From an uncultured Chloroflexia bacterium (lineage in GTDB: Bacteria; Chloroflexota; Limnocylindria; QHBO01), in contig CAWFCQ010000005.1 of assembly GCA_963814375.1 (NCBI GenBank), positions 258,306 to 322,305 of the forward strand: a stretch of DNA of 64,000 bases, given 5' to 3'. The notes beneath the pieces are model-generated. The model made no database searches. It was not told the DNA's origin and saw nothing but the letters and a program-made list of their open reading frames with translations. Positions 61,889-64,000 of the stretch are shown in pieces. Position numbers and translations under genes: made by a program. Position 1 is the first letter of the stretch; each line of letters begins with the position of its first letter.

Positions 61889-63496
61889 CGGCGGAAGGTC
61901 GTCGCTGCTCAGCGGGCGTCGGGCGACAGTCGAGCGGGAGGATGAGGTGGAAGACGCTCCCTCGGCTGGGCTCGCTCTCGAACGTGACGTCGCCGCCCAT
62001 CGCTCGGGCGAGGCGGCGGCTGATCGGCAGCCCGAGGCCGGTGCCGGGCGCGGCTGCCTCGGCCTGTTGGAACTCCTCGAAGATCACCTCCTGCTGCTCC
62101 GGGGCGATGCCGGGCCCGGTGTCGCGCACGGCGACGTGGAAACGAGCGTCGTCGGTCCGCGCTGAGGTGACCTCCACCTCGCCGGCCTCGGTGAACTTGA
62201 GCGCGTTGCCGACGAGGTTGACGAGGATCTGACGCACGCGCTGGCGGTCGAGCACCACTTCGGCCGGCGTGCCCGCGTCGTGCCATCCGAAGCGGATCCC
62301 CTTCTGCGCCGCGAGCGAGCGGTGCTGGGCGACGACGGTCTCGACGAGCTCCCGCGGATCGAAGGGCTCGACGTCGAGGGTGAGCTTCCCCGCCTCGATC
62401 TTCGACAGGTCCAGGATCTCGTTGATCAGCCCGAGAAGGTCCTGCCCGCCGCGCTGGACCCAGCGGAGCGACGCCTCCTGGTCGGGGTTGAGCGGACCGT
62501 CCACGCCCGCGAGGACCGCATCGGTGAAGCCGAGGATGGAGGTCATCGGCGTGCGCAGCTCATGGCTGACGTTGGCCAGGAATCGCGACTTCGCCTCGCT
62601 GGCCCGCTCGAGCGACGCATTGGTCTCGCCCAGCCGCGTGGCCAGCCGCCGCTGATCATCGAACAGCGTGGCCAAGCGCTCGCTCGTGCTGTTGAGATCT
62701 CGCGCCAGGCTGCCGAACTCGTCGCGGTTCGGCACGTCGACGCGCTGGTCGAAGTTGCCGGCGGTGATGTCGGCGAGCGCTCGTTCCATCTTCCGGACCG
62801 GCAGGATGAACGCCCACGAGAGGACAAACCCGAGCATCAGGGCCACGATGACGCTCACGGCCGAGAAGGCGATCACCATGCCGGTGAAGAGGTCGTGAGC
62901 AGACCGGAAGTCGGTCTGGGCGGCGGCCATGTCCTCCTTGGCCGTCGCGACGAGCGTCCTCATCGACTCCTCCAGCGTGTGCGAAGTCGGGTGCTCCTCG
63001 TCCAGGTGGACGTCACGGCCGCGTCCATGTCGCCTTGGTCGATCAACGCCAGCACCTGCTGGCCGGACTGCCGGTATTCCTCGTTGACGGTCCTGACGTC
63101 CTCGTAGAACGCGGCGTTGGCCGGCTCGGCCTGCTGCAGCTCGTCGAGGAGCTGGGCGAAGGTCGCCTTGGCCTCCTCGACCTGCCCGTTGTATCTGGCG
63201 GCATCCTCGGGGAGGAGCAGTGCCATCGCCCGGTAGTGGCTCTGGGCCGTCACCGCATAGAGCATCTCCTGCGCCCGGCCAGCCTTCACCTGCGCATCGT
63301 TGAGCTCGATCATGCGATCGTTCATCTGCCGGATGACGAGGAGGCTGAGCAGCGCCATCGCCACGAGCAACAAGGCGCCGATGAGGAAGCCGAAGAGCAG
63401 CTTGCGGTGGACGCCTGCCTTCACGCGAGCGACCGCCTCGACGACCGGGCGCAGCCAGCCCGTGAAGCGCGGCATCTTCGGTTCGGCGGGCGTCAT
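61875..63496 (-). CDS. membrane sensor histidine kinase (TM, helical sensor, TM, HAMP, HisKA, HATPase; indel ~63013)
   Basis: [38 protein letters not shown]. Confidence 0.92.
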
Positions 63497-64000
63497 CACG
63501 GGGTCACGAGCCTCCGTTGGTAGCAGTACGGCCACTCGAGGCGACACCCAACCCCGACAGCAACAGATACGCCACCACACCAAGGCACCACTCCGCCGCC
63601 GTCCGTCCCTTACACCGCCCACTGGCTCCCTCCCCAGTCTCATCGAGCCGCCACGCCGCCCGATCAAGCGCGCTCACACCGTAACAGTCCTCCCGCGCCG
63701 CCCGGCCGGGGTTCGCTCGGTCGTGAACCCAGGTGGCCCGACGGTCAGCACCGCCTTGGCCTGGTCATGGGCTTGTCCACCGCCCTCAGGGCGGGTGCCC
63801 GATGCGCCGCGAGACGTCTTGTGCGCTCGATCGGACCGACGGCAATCCCTGATGCTTCGGCGCCTGCCGTGCGGATCACTTCGTCACGTCTGGAGGCGGG
63901 CGGCCACGGCGCGGGCCGTGGCTTCGGCCTGGGCGACACAGGCCTGGGTCCCCGATGCCGCGGTAGCTCGCTCCGGTCACGAACAGACCGGCGGGGAGGG

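Overview
GC-rich bacterial DNA that appears to be a mosaic of at least four unrelated genome fragments, joined in mid-gene at ~7945, ~35684 and ~41030. Taxonomic labels below are inferred from gene content and style. (A) 1-7945 is indel-free, Chloroflexota-like housekeeping DNA: comEC, HD protein, holA, Zn-finger protein, rsfS, nadD, obgE, M23 peptidase with a clear sigma70 promoter, and an amidase. (B) 7945-35684 is indel-rich, Planctomycetota (Isosphaeraceae-like) DNA. It carries a UPF0175/DUF3368 toxin-antitoxin-like pair, a complete IS4 (11-bp target duplication), gene remnants, surE, a metallophosphoesterase, a SWIM-SNF2 helicase and gyrB-dciA-dnaN. It also has a DnaA-box cluster (candidate oriC) with no adjacent dnaA, an ArnT-like glycosyltransferase, a complete IS630 inserted in the stop codon of a sigma54-driven HPF/RaiA gene, an HNH nuclease with a small partner, czcA, and a TPR-CHAT protease. 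(C) 35684-41030 is an Acidobacteriota (Vicinamibacteria-like) ABC operon with HD and NUDIX genes. (D) 41030-64000 is Actinomycetota (Acidimicrobiia-like) DNA with GT4, dtd, lnt, a sortase, a truncated globin, many small redox enzymes and a kinase-REC-REC-cyclase operon. The best candidates for novelty are a stand-alone two-gene module (GVxG-repeat fibre with a G2-type autocleaving chaperone, followed by a papain-like Cys-His protein; 50544-52772) and a class III cyclase with Asp in place of the ATP-specifying Lys. I recognised no rRNA, tRNA or CRISPR array. Most frameshifts in B, C and the start of D are probably sequencing indels.
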